Under the pieces are notes generated by a model that worked only from the letters and a program-made list of their open reading frames with translations, was not told where the DNA came from and searched no databases. Shown here piece by piece: positions 36,266 to 48,821 of a DNA stretch of 64,000 nt. How positions within the stretch are numbered: the stretch's first letter is position 1; the number at the start of each line of letters is the position of its first letter. Location of the stretch: NCBI GenBank assembly GCA_951406725.2, contig OX597834.1, positions 6,076,001-6,140,000 of the forward strand. The letters are read 5' to 3'. Made by a program: the position numbers and the translations under genes. Origin of the DNA: Octopus vulgaris (taxonomy: Eukaryota).

Positions 36266-36995
36266 ATAAAAGCACCCATGTTAGTGCCATATAAAAGTAG
36301 GTGTGCTGGTGCCACATAAGAGCCCCTGTGCCTCTGTGACATAGAAGTGCCCATGCAGGTGCCATGTAAAAGCACCTGTGCAGGTGCCATGTAAAAGCAC
36401 CTGTGCAGGTGCCATATAAAAGTAGGTGTGCTGGTGCCACATAAGAGCTCCTGTGCCTCTGTGACATATAAGTGCCCATGCAGGTGCCATGTAAAAGCAC
36501 CTGTGCTGGTGCCATACAAAAGTAGGTGTGCTGGTGCCACATAAGAGCTTCTGTGCCCGTGTGACATATAAGTGCCTATGCAGGTGCCATGTAAAAGCAC
36601 CTGTGCAGGTGCCCTATAAAAGTAGGTGTGCTGGTGCCACATAAGAGCTCCTGTGCCTGTGTGACATATAAGTGCCCATGCAGGTGCCATGTAAAAGCAC
36701 CTGTGCTGGTGCCATACAAAAGTAGGTGTGCTGGTGCCACATAAGAGCTTCTGTGCCCGTGTGACATATAAGTGCCCATGCAGGTGCCATGTAAAAGCAC
36801 CCATGTTGGTGCCATATAAAAGTAGGTGTGCTGGTGCCACATAAGAGCTTCTGTGCCCGTGTGACATATAAGTGCCCATGCAGGTGCCATGTAAAAGCAC
36901 CCATGTTGGTGCCATATAAAAGTAGGTGTGCTGGTGCCACATAAGAGCTCCTGTGCCCGTGTGACATATAAGTGCCCATGCAGGTGCCATGTAAA
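36266..36995 (+). repeat. 100-bp higher-order tandem repeat of four 25-bp monomers, inside a family C copy
   Basis: AGTAGGTGTG at 36296, 36421, 36521, 36621, 36721, 36821 and 36921; family C core follows at ~37130-37270. Confidence 0.9.
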
Positions 36996-37274
36996 ATCGC
37001 CTGCCCTGGCGCCGTGTGAAAGTGCCCAGGCTGATGCTGTGTAAAAGTGCTTGCACGGGTTTCACATAAAAGCATCCTTGCACATGCCACGTAGAAGCAT
37101 TTATGCTGGTGCCATGTAAAAATGCATGAAGTACCCTCTGTAAAGTGCTTGGCATTAGGAAGGACATCCAGCCATAGAAATCATGCCAAACGAGACAGCT
37201 GGAACCTAACTAGTTCTCTAGTTTACCATTTTTCTGTCAAATCACCTAACCCATGGAAAGCAAACATTATATGA

Positions 37275-37327
<53 letters not shown>

Positions 37328-37366
37328 TTGTTATATTTCGGAATGGTCATTTTGCCAGTTTAGACA

Positions 37367-37413
<47 letters not shown>

Positions 37414-37416
<3 letters not shown>

Positions 37417-37676
37417 TGGAGTAAGCACATAAATGTAAAACAAAGTGGAAAAAAGAGTACTCAAATACCAGAGGTAGAGTAATATGCTTTATTTAAAAGC
37501 AGCTGAAATGTAACAAAAGCTGTTACTCGGAGTTTCATGTTCCCATTTGTCGAAGCTGTTACTCAGAGTTTCACGTTCCCATTCATCGAACAGTTTTGTT
37601 AAAAACTGTCCGACAAATGGGAACATGAAGCTCCGAGTAACAGCTTTTGTTATATTTCTGCTGCTTTTAAATAAAG
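37414..37676. mobile_element. Palindromic Penelope-like terminal cassette (family 2) with decayed HHRs
   Basis: Arms 37487-37676; homologous to 55733-55972 and 60405-60465. Confidence 0.75.
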
Positions 37677-38278
37677 GAGAGAGAGTTGGTATGTGAAAGC
37701 ACGTGGTTGGATGTATAAAAAACAAAAGAGAGTGAAAAATCTACAGAGGGATTGTGTTATATGGTTAAAGAATATATTTAAGTCATTATGTTAGAAAAAC
37801 GTTATAAAATTTTGCGTATAGTAACATAGTTTTGGGAGAAATAACCGGTTTTGAATTTTCTTTTCAAATTTCTCAAATTTCTTTACCTATATTGTGTCAT
37901 GTCTTTGCTATGTTGTGAAATATGGAGTTCCAAGCAGGGGAAGGTAATCAGGGATGTTTTCCCGTATAAGGGAGATAATCAAACATATTGGGAATGACTA
38001 ATTTAACATGATTTCGTTTAGAAGAAATGGAATGTTACAAATGGTTAGGTTCTGCTTTACATTTTTTTGAAAGATCCTAAAACCAAGGTGTCACTAAAAA
38101 GCACTGGTATGGGTGCAGGTGCCAGCTAAAATGCACTGGTGGTAGTGTCATGCAAAGTGCACAGGTGTTAGTGCCACATAAAAAAGAAGTACTGGTGATG
38201 GTGCCAGGTAAAAAAGCACCCAGTGCACTCTGTAGAGTGGTTGATGTTAGGAAGGGCATCCAGTTGTAGAAACCAAGT

Positions 38279-38972
38279 GGAAATAGACTAGGGAACCTGG
38301 GGTGACCCCTTAGCTTTTCTAGTTACTGTCAATCTGTCCAACACATACCAGCATTGGAAATAGACTAGGGAACCTGGGGTGACCCCTTAGCTTTGCTAGT
38401 TACTGTCAGTCTGTCCAACACATACCAGCATTGGAAATAGACTAGGGAACCTGGGGTGACCCCTTAGCTTTGCTAGTTACTGTCAATCTGTCGAAAGCAT
38501 ACCAGCGTTGGAAATAGACTAGGGAACCTGGGGTGACCCCTTAGCTTTGCTAGTTACTGTCAATCTGTCCAACACACACCAGCGTTGGGAATAGACTAGG
38601 GAACCTGGGGTGACCCCTTAGCTTTGCTAGTTACTGTCAATCTGTCCAACACACACCAGCGTTGGGAATAGACTAGGGAACCTGGGGTGACCCCTTAGCT
38701 TTGCTAGTTACTGTCAATCTGTCCAACACACACCAGCGTTGGGAATAGACTAGGGAACCTGGGGTGACCCCTTAGCTTTGCTAGTTACTGTCAATCTGTC
38801 CAACACATACCAGCGTTGGGAATAGACTAGGGAACCTGGGGTGACCCCTTAGCTTTGCTAGTTACTGTCAATCTGTCCAACACGTACCAGCGTTGGGAAT
38901 AGACTAGGGAACCTGGGGTGACCCCTTAGCTTTGCTAGTTACTGTCAATCTGTCCAACACATACCAGCATGG
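38279..38972 (+). repeat. 77-bp tandem array (9 copies) of a family C 3' segment
   Basis: Units start 38279, 38356, 38433 and onward; family C core upstream and tail downstream. Confidence 0.95.
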
Positions 38973-39213
38973 AATACAGGCGTTAAATATTCATGATGAT
39001 TGATGCTGACATCATGGGGAACAACGCAAATGAATAATCAATACATTTGACAGAAAGGTTAAATGATGATGATGATGATGATGATGATGGTGATGATGGT
39101 GATGGTGATGATGGTGATGACATACATACATTTTTACATGCATGTGTGTGTGTGTATGTGTAAGAATAAGCATGTGTGTGTTTGTGCGCACCTGAGCACC
39201 GTATACTATGATT

Positions 39214-39215
<2 letters not shown>

Positions 39216-39271
<56 letters not shown>

Positions 39272-39310
39272 CATTATTATTATTATATTATTATTATTAT
39301 TATTATTATA

Positions 39311-39341
<31 letters not shown>

Positions 39342-39605
39342 TATTATTATTATTATTGTTGAGTGAGCGAGCAGAGCATGCCATCAAAGTGACACTGGGG
39401 TAAAATATACGAAGCCCAATATACCCATCATGACTACCCGTCTGATAAGGGTACACCAGGCACATGCATCACAACCATATGTGCGCGACATGGTGATCTC
39501 ATATCAAGATAAACAGCACATGACCTTATTATTATTATTATTATTATTATTATATTATTATTATTATTATTATATTATTGTTATTATTATTATTATTATT
39601 ATTAC

Positions 39606-39653
<48 letters not shown>

Positions 39654-39717
39654 CATTATTATTATTATATTATTATTATTATTATTATATTATTGTTATT
39701 ATTATTATTATTATTAC

Positions 39718-39769
<52 letters not shown>

Positions 39770-39833
39770 CATTATTATTATTATATTATTATTATTATTA
39801 TTATATTATTGTTATTATTATTATTATTATTAC

Positions 39834-39898
<65 letters not shown>

Positions 39899-39921
39899 TA
39901 CTATTATTATTATTATTATTA

Positions 39922-39956
<35 letters not shown>

Positions 39957-39957
39957 T
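39216..39957. repeat. (ATT)n microsatellite field with a 170-bp island
   Basis: Direct reading; island at 39358-39527. Confidence 0.95.
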
Positions 39958-40015
39958 TTATATGCATGAATAACATGCATATTTATGTATAAATATTTAC
40001 ACATCTCTACCTACC

Positions 40016-40063
<48 letters not shown>

Positions 40064-40371
40064 TATGTGTTAAAAAGTTTGTTGTCAGTTTTGACAATGC
40101 AAAAGTTGTCAAAATATGTTAGTTTTACTTTTCGGTACACACAGACATACCTTATAGTTTTGTGTTGTTAATGAATAAAAATTACAGATAATAACCAATG
40201 TTTATGGATGGTGGGTCTGTGTATCATTAGTATTGCCAAAATTTATTAGTGAGGCAGCTCAGTAGATATGTAGGTGGAGTGGTAGACATAGGTAGGGTGG
40301 TAATTAGTTAAGTATATAGTTTGCAAATAAGCAGATAGGTTTTTCAAGGCAAAATATGTTTAAACATGTAA

Positions 40372-40375
<4 letters not shown>

Positions 40376-40430
<55 letters not shown>

Positions 40431-40435
40431 TATAT

Positions 40436-40495
<60 letters not shown>

Positions 40496-40853
40496 GTGTG
40501 TGTGTATGTGATTATTAAGCAAAATGCATGATAGTTTTGTGCGTATATGAATGTGTCTACTTGGGAGTGATCAAATCACATGAACACACCAGCATGTGTG
40601 TGTGTGTGTGTATACAAATATCTGTATATATATGTATATGATTACATATATATTCACACATATGTATACACACACACATATGTATATATATACACACACA
40701 CATACATATGTACATATGTACATATATATGTATATATATACATATATTTATGTATGTATATATGCCATATATATATACATATATATATATATACATATAC
40801 ATATATTTATATATATACGTATATTTATATATATATTTATTTATGTATAAATG

Positions 40854-40890
<37 letters not shown>

Positions 40891-40945
40891 CATATATATA
40901 TATATATATATTTATACATACATATATATATGTATGTTTATGTGT

Positions 40946-40982
<37 letters not shown>
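40376..40982. repeat. (TA/CA/TG)n compound microsatellites
   Basis: Direct reading. Confidence 0.9.
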
Positions 40983-40984
<2 letters not shown>

Positions 40985-41395
40985 CAAATGTATGTTTGTG
41001 TATGTGACAAATACTGGGCCTGGATAATATATTGAAGAGGATGTTTTTGTTATTCTAGAATATATTTATGACTCCTCAGAACCTATTGTTTCTATTGTAG
41101 ATAATTGCAAAACTTTGGTAGGAAACAAACATTATTTTAGAAAATGAAATGAAATTTATTTTCAAATAATATAAAGGTACATTGAAATAATACAAAGCAA
41201 CGTATGACATTTAGAATTCTTACACAAAAGCATTTTTATTTGATTTGTCAGCTGAATGCCAGTGGATTTGGAATTAATTGTGTCAATATGCCTGTGAAAT
41301 TGTTAGGACTAAGCACAGACATGGCCAAATGGTTAAAAGCTTCTTTTCAAATTCATGAGGTCTTAAGTTTGTTCCCACTATCTGGCCTCTTTGGA

Positions 41396-41801
41396 ACTCT
41401 TTACTCTCTTTTACTCTTTTACTTGTTTCAGTCTTTTGACTGCGGCCATGCTGGAGCACCGCCTTTAATCGAGCAACTCGACCCCGGGACTTATTCTTTT
41501 GTAAGCCCAGTACTTTTTCTATCGGTCTCTTTTGCCGAACCACTAAGTAACGGGGACATAAACACACCAGCATCAGTTGTCAAGCATTGCTAGGGGGACA
41601 AACACAGACACAAACACACACACGCATATATATATATATATATACATATATACGACAGGCTTCTTTCAGTTTCCGTCTACCAAATCCACTCACAAGGCAT
41701 TGGTCGGCCCGGGGCTATAGCAAGATGCCACGCAGTGGGAATGAACCCAGAACCATGTGGTTGGTTAGCAAGCTACTTACCACACAGCCACTCCTGCGCC
41801 T
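41396..41801 (-). mobile_element. SINE family A
   Basis: Full copy with small internal deletion. Confidence 0.9.
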
Positions 41802-41899
41802 ATGTGTATTTTGTGATAGTTTCACTTGCCCAAAAACATCCATTCATTTATATTCTCTGCCCATTATTCTACGGTGGGTCACAGGAGTAGGCTCCTCAG

Positions 41900-42235
41900 T
41901 CATAGGGTCTTACAAGAAGCAATTGTTGTTAGACTTTCCAGCTGGAAACCCAAGCACAACCAACTTAAACTATGGAAATTACCCAACCATTTTGTTTTTG
42001 GTCTACCCCTAAGTCCTCTGCTGGTTGGCTTCCCTTGAAAAATATACCTTGCGACTCTTTCCTGTGACATTCTAACCGAATGTGTGTAATTTCAAAGCTG
42101 TGCTCTCTCAATGTGTATAATTAGCAGCTCAACCTGGAAAGAATACTGGATCTCTGAGTAACAAACCCTGTTGAGTAATGTTACTCCAGAAATCCTTTGG
42201 AGGACCCACTTTTGGCTGCTTGTATTCACAATCAA
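41900..42235 (-). pseudogene. RTE-clade LINE ORF C-terminal remnant (second family)
   Basis: LQRISGVTLLNRV..SEIQYSFQVELLIIHIERAQL*..HSVRMSQERVARYIFQGKPTSRGLRGRPKTKW. Confidence 0.75.
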
Positions 42236-42344
42236 ATTGAAGTTAAAAATATGGGGGGAAATTCACTACCTTTAATCTTTTTCTTTAGATTTTATAGGTT
42301 CAAGAAAACATATAATATAGGCTCGGGCCACATACTTTTACTAA

Positions 42345-42581
42345 TACCTATTTCTTTACTGCTCACAAGGGGCTAAACAGAGAGAGGACAAACAAGGACA
42401 GACAAACGGATTAAATCGATTATATCACCCCCAGTGCGTAACTGGTATTTATTTAATCGTCCCCGAAAGGATGAAAGGCAAAGTCGACCTCGGCAGAATT
42501 TGAACTCAGAACATAGCAGCAGATGAAATACCGCTAAGCATTTCACCCGGCGCACTAACGATTCTGCTAGCTTACCGCCTT
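42345..42581 (-). mobile_element. SINE family B
   Basis: TSD TTTTACTAATAC. Confidence 0.9.
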
Positions 42582-43851
42582 ATTTTACTAATACTATTAA
42601 TTAGGTGTTTACAAACTCGCGACACTTGTGGAAGGATATGAAATTTGTCATAGAATAAGGATATGTTTGCTAATAATGGCTTCTTGCAAAATAAAGTACC
42701 AGAATCTAGTTGTTACAGAGACAATGATTACTTGTGTAGCTAGAGTGAATGCTGCCTGGCACAGCCCTTCAGTTTGCCATCCTGGGGCCTCCACAAAAAA
42801 TACATATTGCCTACAGCAGAACCAAGTGTAATGCCACCCCCATAAAAGTGCTGACCCTCCCTATAGCTCTGCTAGTGAACAAGATTACATATTCCAGTAA
42901 CTACTGCCAGCCTAACATAAAATGAAACACCTGATCACCATCTGTTTCAGATGTAATTTTCCATTAAAACATTAAGTCCAATATTATTAAAACCATTGTA
43001 AACTTAAATGGCAAACATTACCTTACTAGCCATAGATATGCAAAAGGTCAATTTGAATTATCAATTATATTTCTTCTTCAGACAAACAGAAGAAACAAAT
43101 GTTACAAATTTGTTTAATTACATCTGACATTTGAACGATTATGCCACTGATTTTGCCACCAGGTGGAAGTTCATTGAGTTGTGTACTCCATAAAAGAATG
43201 GGTGTAAATGATTCACTGAAAGTACAACTAATAAAAGTATTATACTTTAAAAAAATAACTTTTACAGTGAATTTACCATCTAAATGCAAGATCTCAGATT
43301 TTTACAAAATGCCACCACTTTGATAAGTATCTACTGAAAAAGTAGAATTTAAAATCACACTCTGACTAAACTACTCTATCCTTCATTTTAAGCAATACTT
43401 CAATCAATACCATTTATCTTCCTAAATAACTGAAAAGCTTTCCTTCTGTTTTGATATACCCAAATCAGCCATATGTGGCAAGCTGACCGGCTTGTTAACA
43501 CTTTGGACAAAATGTCAAGCAATTTTTCTTCTGGCTCATTATACTCTGAGTTCAAATTCTGTCGGGTCAACTTTGCTCTTCAGTTGATAAAATAAAAGCA
43601 GCAGTCAAGTACCAGGGTCAATATAACTGACTTGCCCCTTCTTCTCAGAACTGATTGCCTTATGCTCAAAATCAGAAAAAATTATCATTATTTGACCTGA
43701 CTCAGGGTTGGTCTCATTCTTGGTAAAATATAAATGGGTAGTGAGTTACTATATGTAACCTTAGATATCCACATGATTTCACAATCAGGACGCCATGATA
43801 GACCATTAGCTACTACACGCATTTTTTTCTCTCCTTGTTTTTTTCTGTGTA

Positions 43852-43889
43852 TCTTTCTGTCGAAGAGCGTAGGCTCGAAATGTAAAAGA
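43852..43889 (+). ncRNA. Hammerhead variant, family 1 (CUGUCGA core)
   Basis: UCUUU-CUGUCGA-A-GAGC(GUAG)GCUC-GAAA-UG-UA-AAAGA. Confidence 0.5.
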
Positions 43890-44257
43890 CTTTTTCTATT
43901 CCTGAGCGCCATACTAATACATCTGTTTGTTTGTACTCCACCTGCCTTTGTCTTTTGTTATTTTTGTAACCTTTCCCTTTATATATCACGTGCTCACATG
44001 GTCTCACTTTAATCCTATTTTCTACCACTACCAACTCTTACCTTTCCTCGACGGACACTAACCTCTCCATTGGATTTTTTTTTACCTCTAAGGACACCTA
44101 CCCTCTGGCTGCACCTCTCTTACACAGATCAAACTGACTTTGTTATTGATGTGAAATCCTTGAAATACACCATGACGTCTACAAACTTTTGAACTCTTCG
44201 TAAAAACTGTCCCTTTCCTTTTCAGTTTATTTTTTTCATATTTTTCTCATATATATA

Positions 44258-44422
44258 CGCGCAGGAGTGGCTGTGTGGTAAGTAGCTTGCTTACCAACCA
44301 CATGGTTCCGGGTTCAGTCCCACTGCGTGCCACCTTGGGCAAGTGTCTTCTGCTATAGCCCCGGGCCAACCAATGCCTTGTGAGAGGATTTGGTAGATGG
44401 AAACTGAAAGAAGCCCGTCGTA

Positions 44423-44473
<51 letters not shown>

Positions 44474-44697
44474 TTTGTGTCTGTGTTTGTCCCCTTAGCA
44501 TTGCTTGACAACTGATGCTGCAGTGTTTACGTTCCCGTTACTTAGCGGTTCGGCAAAAGAGACTGATAGAATAAGTACTGGGCTTATCAAAAGAATAAGT
44601 CCCGGGGTCGATTTGCTCGACTAAAAAAGGCGGTGCTCCAGCATGGCCGCAGTCAAAATGACTGAAACAAGGAAAAGGAAAAAAGGAAAAGGAAAGG
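44258..44697 (+). mobile_element. SINE family A nested in the Penelope element
   Basis: Full copy. Confidence 0.9.
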
Positions 44698-45226
44698 ATA
44701 TCTAATTTTTTTAAATACATTTCATACTTTCCACATTTTCCTGTATTTTTTTGTCTTTCTTTCTGTCGTCTTTTGTTTCTCTGGATGTCCTTACTCTGTT
44801 TTCTGTTTGCACCCGCTTATTGTGCCTCCCCCTCTCTCTATCCGCTTCCTTTCTTTTCTTTCCTTTTTCTATTTGTCCCATCTTCATCACCTTTATTTTC
44901 TTCTCCTACCGCCCTATTCTTCTTTTATTTATTTATCTATTTATTATTTTTTTATTTTTTTATTATTATTTTTTTTTTATATATATATATATTGATTTCT
45001 TGTTTTTTTTAAATCTAAAAAATTTTTTTTAATTATTTTTATTTTAATTTTATTCTTTTTATTATTTTTTTTATTTATTTTTATTTTCATTTTTATTTTT
45101 TATTTTTATTTTCTTTTTTTTTTTATTTTTATTTATTTTTATTATTATTTATTTATTTTATTATTATTACCATTTTAATTTTTTTTCTTCGAATGCTTGT
45201 GCTTCCTTTTTTTCGCTATTCCACCA

Positions 45227-46553
45227 TGCCGGATTATAAATCCTACCTCCTAACTCACCACCATCGCCTGAAACAACACTTACGTCCACTTCCTCCCCAC
45301 TGCTTTCAGCCGTCCATTAACCTCTCTCTACTCCTTTTAAAAAAAACCCGCTTCTCTAGCCACATCTCTTTTCTAAGCCGCTGCCTACATCACTGCCTCA
45401 TCCCTAAAGGTTTCCGCTTCCATTTCCACCCTGCTCTCCACTCTGCTTCATCCATCCTACCCATAATCCGCACCATATCTTACTGCCTTATGCGTGCCAC
45501 CATTGCTCCAATCTCTCTAAACTACATACCATCAGCCACCTTCTCCCTCCTGATTTTTCCATCTTTTTCTCCTCTCTGCCGCCCTTCCATGCTCACAACA
45601 CGTTGTGCTTCATTATCCATTTAAATCACCTCTTTCCTCAATTTCTTTCTAATACCAAACTTCGTAAACTCCTCCATTCCATCACACCCGACGCCACTAC
45701 CCTTCTCTCCCCTGATAGGCTCCACCCACCCACACCTAACCCCACTGTCCCTCCTAACAACCCCCACACACCTCCCCACTCCCCCCTCAGACCTCCACCA
45801 GCCCTACCAGCCCTCCTACTCCTATTCCATCCACCCCTCCTACTTCTATTCCATCCACCCCTTCTCCACTTGTTACCATTCTCTGTTGTTACTATTCCCT
45901 CAGATCTTCCCCTCTCTACGGCAGAGCGCTCCATCCTCAGTAGGGGTCTGCGTTTCATCCCCCTCACTCCATCCTGTAAGGAATTCCAGACACATGCTGA
46001 TGTCCACAGCTTTGTGCGCTGCGTCTGGTTGGGTGCGTTTTTCCAAGGCACGCCACCCACATCCAACGAGGAGGACTGCTTCACTGACCTGGGCCACCGA
46101 CCATCCCAGTGGACACCTGCCTCCAGCCAGTTCCAAGCAGTGGGTCTTTTCGCGGGTGCCTGTCAGTGTGCGTTGGAGCGGTTCAACTTCTCCAGGTGCC
46201 ACCGCCGCTTCAACATCTCCCCAGCTGAACTCTCAGCTCTTCTTTCCCTCCGACGGTGCGCTGACATTGTCATTTAACCGGCCAACAAGGGTGGAGCTGT
46301 AGTGGTGTGGCGTGCGGACATCTACAGGGCCGAGGTGCTCTGCCAAGTCAATAACACCTTCTTCTACTCCTCTCTGTCCTCTGACCCCACACTTAGCTAC
46401 CAACAGACGGTCTCCTCTACTGTCCATGACCTCATCTCGTCCTCCCATCTCCCCCACACTGCATCCAATCTCATTGTCCGAACCCCAAACACCCCCACCA
46501 TTTACTCCCTCCATAAACCCAACAACCCTGGCCGGCCCATCGTCTCTGCCTGT
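45227..46553 (+). pseudogene. Penelope-like ORF N-terminus and start of reverse transcriptase
   Basis: TRFSSHISFLSRCLHHCLIPKGF; LSTAERSILSRGLRFIP; NISPAELSALLSLRRCADIVI*PANKGGAVVVW; HKPNNPGRPIVSAC. Confidence 0.9.
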
Positions 46554-46764
46554 AAAAAAAAAAAGCTGGACGCCATGATAGATCGTTAGCTACTATACGC
46601 ATTTTTTTTCTCCTTGTTTTTTTCTGTGTACCTTTCTATAGAAGAGCATAGGCTCGAAATGTAGAATACTTTTTCTATTCCTGAGCACTATACTAATACA
46701 TTTGTTTGTTTGTACTCCACCTGCCTTCGTCTTTTGTTTTTTGCGTAAACTTTCCCTTTATATA

Positions 46765-46928
46765 CATACATATGATGGGCTTCTTTCAGTTTCTGTCTAC
46801 CAAATCCACTCACAAGGCTTTGGTCGGCCCGAGGCTATAGTAGAAGACACTTGACGAAGGTGCCACGCAGTGGGACTGAACCAGGAACTATGTGGTTTGT
46901 AAGCAACTACTTACCACACAGCCACTTC
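46765..46928 (-). mobile_element. SINE family A, 5' half
   Basis: Head half only. Confidence 0.85.
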
Positions 46929-46949
46929 TATGTTTACAGGATAGAAAGA

Positions 46950-47050
46950 CGTTCACAGCACCTAGGTTTCCCAAGCAGTCATCCAATCTAAGGACTAACT
47001 AGGTTCGACTTTGCTTAACTTCGATGATTGGATGAGAACCGGTGCTTTCA
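46950..47050 (-). pseudogene. 5S rRNA pseudogene, 5'-truncated
   Basis: Minus strand TGAAAGCACCGGTTCTCATCCAATCATCGAAGTTAAGCAAAGTCGAACCTAGTTAGT...GACTGCTTGGGAAACCTAGGTGCTGT aligns with metazoan 5S rRNA. Confidence 0.85.
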
Positions 47051-47213
47051 TTAACTCTATTGCTTTAATTCTTTACTGCTCTGTATTTTAAAGGGAGTTT
47101 CTTTTTCAAAATTTTGATATATTCACAACATATTTATCTATCTATATGGTGTGTGTGTGCGTGTGTGTGTGTTTATATATATGTGTGTACGTACATATGT
47201 GTGTGTGTATATT

Positions 47214-47247
<34 letters not shown>

Positions 47248-47729
47248 TGGGTGTGTCTCTCTCAAGCATATACACACATTCTCAGTGTAGATAATCCAAC
47301 TAAGACATTTGAAACCCAAAGTGGAAGAAAAACAAAATGAGATGAAAAGAAAAAAAATGTTTTGAACAAATCAAACAATAAGCAAAATAGATTCTATTTT
47401 GTTTTTACATTTCTGCTTTGTTTGTAGATATCGTGTAGAACACCTTTAAACAAACAAAGGAACGTGTTGAAATTGTGCTACAGAAAACCAAAAAAATAAT
47501 GTCAAAATACTCAGGATTTAAAGGAATTCGATGAAAGAAAGACAGGTTTGATAAAACCTGAAATGTCAAATTGTATTTCAAAATTTGTATAAAAGATTAC
47601 AGACTTGCTTTGACAATTTTAAGGCAAGTGCTGAGAATAAAAGTAAGATTTTCACTGGTTTTGTTTTGGGTATCAATATACACTTTATTTGCACCCTGCC
47701 ACACTCACACACACACACACACACACACA

Positions 47730-48371
47730 GCACAGGCTTACTGGCACTTATGCCTATGCTAGTAGGGTGCCGAGAATACCATCCGAGTGTGATTGTTGTG
47801 ATCGTTGCCACAGCAGCCAACGTGGCACGTAAAAAGGGCACCATTTCGAGTGTGATCGTTACCAATGTCGCTTCACTGGCACATGTAAAAGATTCGAGCG
47901 AGGTCATTGCCAGTGCCGCCTGACTGGCCCCCAAGCCGGTGGCATGTAAAAAGCAACCACTACACTGTCGGAGTGGTTGGCATTAGGAAGGGCATCCAGC
48001 TGTAGAAACTCTGCCAGATCAAGATTGGAGCCTGGTGTGGCCGTCTGGTTTGCCAGACCTCAGTCAATACCTATTTCTTTATTACCCACAAGAGGCTAAA
48101 CACAGAGGGGACAAACAAGGACAGACATAGGTATTAAGTCGATTACATCGACCCCAGTGCGTAACTGGTACTTAATTTATCGACCCCGAAAGGATGAAAG
48201 GCAAAGTCGACCTCGGCAGAATTTGAACTCACAATGTAACGCAGAGGAAATACCGCTAAGCATTTCGCCCGGCGTGCTAACGATTCTGCCAGCTCGCCGC
48301 CTTCAGTCAATACTGTCCAACCCATGCTAGCATGGAAAACGGACGTTAAACGATGATGATGATGATGATGA
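47730..48371 (+). mobile_element. Family C copy with nested SINE B (48067-48303, minus)
   Basis: TSD CAGTCAATAC at 48061 and 48304. Confidence 0.85.
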
Positions 48372-48373
48372 TA

Positions 48374-48570
48374 TCATCATCATAATTTCATGCTTGTTCT
48401 TCTCTATGCTGGCATGGGTTAGACGGTTTGACTGGAGCTGATGAACCAGAGTGCTGCACCCGGTTCCAGTCTGATTTGGCATGGCTTCTACAGCTGGATG
48501 CCCTTCCTAATGCCAACCACTCCAGGAGTGTAGTGGTTACTTTAACGTGCCACCAGCACAGCTGCCATTT
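48374..48570 (-). mobile_element. Family C copy, tail-to-tail with the previous one
   Basis: (GAT)n-AT-(CAT)n junction. Confidence 0.8.
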
Positions 48571-48615
48571 ATATTTGATTGAAAATTAGTGTTGCAAAAT
48601 ATAAATCTGACACAT

Positions 48616-48781
48616 AGGCGCAGGAGTGGCTGTGTGGTAAGTAGCTTGCTTACCAACCACATGGTTCCGGGTTCAGTCCCACTGCGTGGCATCTTGGGCA
48701 AATGTCTTCTAATATTGCCTCGGGCCGACCAAAGCCTTGTGAGTGGATTTGGTAGACGGAAACTGAAAGAAGCCCGTCGTA

Positions 48782-48821
<40 letters not shown>

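Larger units (their letters stand above)
43788..46760 (+). mobile_element. Penelope-like element with direct pLTRs (43788-43980, 46568-46760)
   Basis: Both repeats start GGACGCCATGATAGA and carry the family 1 HHR motif; PLE ORF remnant lies between them. Confidence 0.75.

Noticed and set aside
36214-37167. 317-aa ORF, the longest in the window
   Set aside because: Product of a 100-bp tandem repeat cycling through frames; no domain-like sequence
38279-38972. CRISPR-like array
   Set aside because: Units are contiguous near-identical repeats with no unique spacers, no cas genes and a eukaryotic context; the same applies to the 17143 and 36266 arrays
39063-41035. Poly-I/L/Y and YI-repeat ORFs
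   Set aside because: Microsatellite translations; likewise at 25198-25543, 51164-52659 and 55023-55416
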